DNA from: Acaryochloris marina S15
GTDB lineage: Bacteria; Cyanobacteriota; Cyanobacteriia; Thermosynechococcales; Thermosynechococcaceae
Direction of reading: 5' to 3'
DNA length: 32,000 nucleotides
Assembly: GCF_018336915.1 (NCBI RefSeq)
Contig: NZ_CP064927.1
Coordinates: 1 to 32,000 of the forward strand
The number at the start of each line of letters is the position of its first letter. The first letter of the stretch is position 1. Made by a program: the position numbers and the translations under genes. The notes under the pieces were generated by a model that ran no database searches, was not told the DNA's origin, and saw only the letters and a program-made list of their open reading frames with translations. Positions 31,661 to 32,000 of the stretch are shown here, in pieces.

Positions 31661-32000
31661 TTAGACTCCGATATGAGACAGGGGCAGGTTGAGTTTGTAA
31701 GCCCGTTTCAGGAGATGCCCAAATTTGATATAGCCCTGGAGGGGGTTGTCAGGGTAGAGGGCTAAGATTCTATCTCTGGCTGCGGTTTCTTGGGGCTGGG
31801 TGCAGAGCAGGGCAATCATTAGGGCTGAGGTATAGAACAGGAGTTCAAAGTGCTGGTTGCCTTTGCGCAGATACCAGGAGGTACAGAGTTCCGCCAGGTT
31901 GGGAGCATATTCAGGACGGACATATTTGGAGAGGATGTCGGGCTTCAGGCGCAGATGTTTCGATGCATTCTCAACAGCGGTGGGATTGCAATGTCCATAG
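31661..32000 (-). CDS. 3' end of a gene that continues beyond the right window edge (hypothetical)
   Basis: My manual translation of the minus strand is open from 32000 to the TAA at 31661-31663. It reads ...NASKHLRLKPDILSKYVRPEYAPNLAELCTSWYLRKGNQHFELLFYTSALMIALLCTQPQETAARDRILALYPDNPLQGYIKFGHLLKRAYKLNLPLSHIGV*. It is absent from the ORF track because its start lies outside the window. Confidence 0.5.
   Translation of the reverse strand, partial: YGHCNPTAVENASKHLRLKPDILSKYVRPEYAPNLAELCTSWYLRKGNQHFELLFYTSALMIALLCTQPQETAARDRILALYPDNPLQGYIKFGHLLKRAYKLNLPLSHIGV

Larger units (their letters stand above)
5455..32000. mobile_element. Conjugative transfer region (MOBF relaxase, T4CP, cell-wall hydrolase, putative mating-pore genes) of a plasmid or ICE, interrupted by cargo islands
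   Basis: Relaxase, coupling ATPase, secreted PG hydrolase and clustered membrane-protein operons occur together and share one promoter motif. No integrase or replication gene lies in this window, so plasmid and ICE cannot be told apart. Confidence 0.7.

Noticed and set aside
1-32000. CRISPR arrays, tRNA/rRNA genes, IS elements, transposases, integrases and cyanobacterial HIP1 (GCGATCGC) enrichment
   Set aside because: Reading both strands, I found no repeat-spacer periodicity, no tRNA-like or rRNA-like sequence, and no DDE or tyrosine/serine recombinase motifs in any long ORF. I noticed no GCGATCGC sites.

Overview
The gene content points to a cyanobacterial plasmid or integrative conjugative element: COP23, DUF1830, a 4-Cys-prefix Ser/Thr kinase fused to an FGE-sulfatase domain, and NPEY/NRG-type TPR arrays. 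The layout has four parts. (i) A left cargo block (357-5376) holds a secreted trypsin-like protease with 11 TPRs, a COP23-like secreted protein and a transmembrane kinase-FGE protein. (ii) A 1309-aa MOBF/TrwC-type relaxase is fused to a RecD-like helicase and a C-terminal Toprim/DUF3854-like domain (5519-9448). (iii) A visibly AT-rich island (about 9450-12300) holds a decayed TPR gene fragment and small orphan genes. (iv) A long minus-strand transfer region (12319-32000) holds a type IV coupling ATPase, an 1100-aa three-domain peptidoglycan hydrolase and a set of sequence-orphan membrane or periplasmic proteins that are probably the mating pore. This region is interrupted by AT-rich cargo: an LRV-repeat protein, an M23 peptidase, a SUKH/SMI1-like protein and two alpha/beta hydrolases. 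The strongest sequence-level signal is a gapless 32-nt promoter/operator-like motif (ATTTGCAC-N18-TATGTT) present six times. Five copies sit 29-34 nt upstream of the first gene of each transfer gene block. The sixth is an orphan copy that points antisense into the SUKH-like gene and is followed by a good intrinsic terminator. That orphan copy lies in a 92-bp direct repeat (82/92 identical) which brackets the M23-SUKH cassette. I saw no rRNA, tRNA, CRISPR array, transposase or integrase. All domain calls come from motifs read by eye, with no database search.
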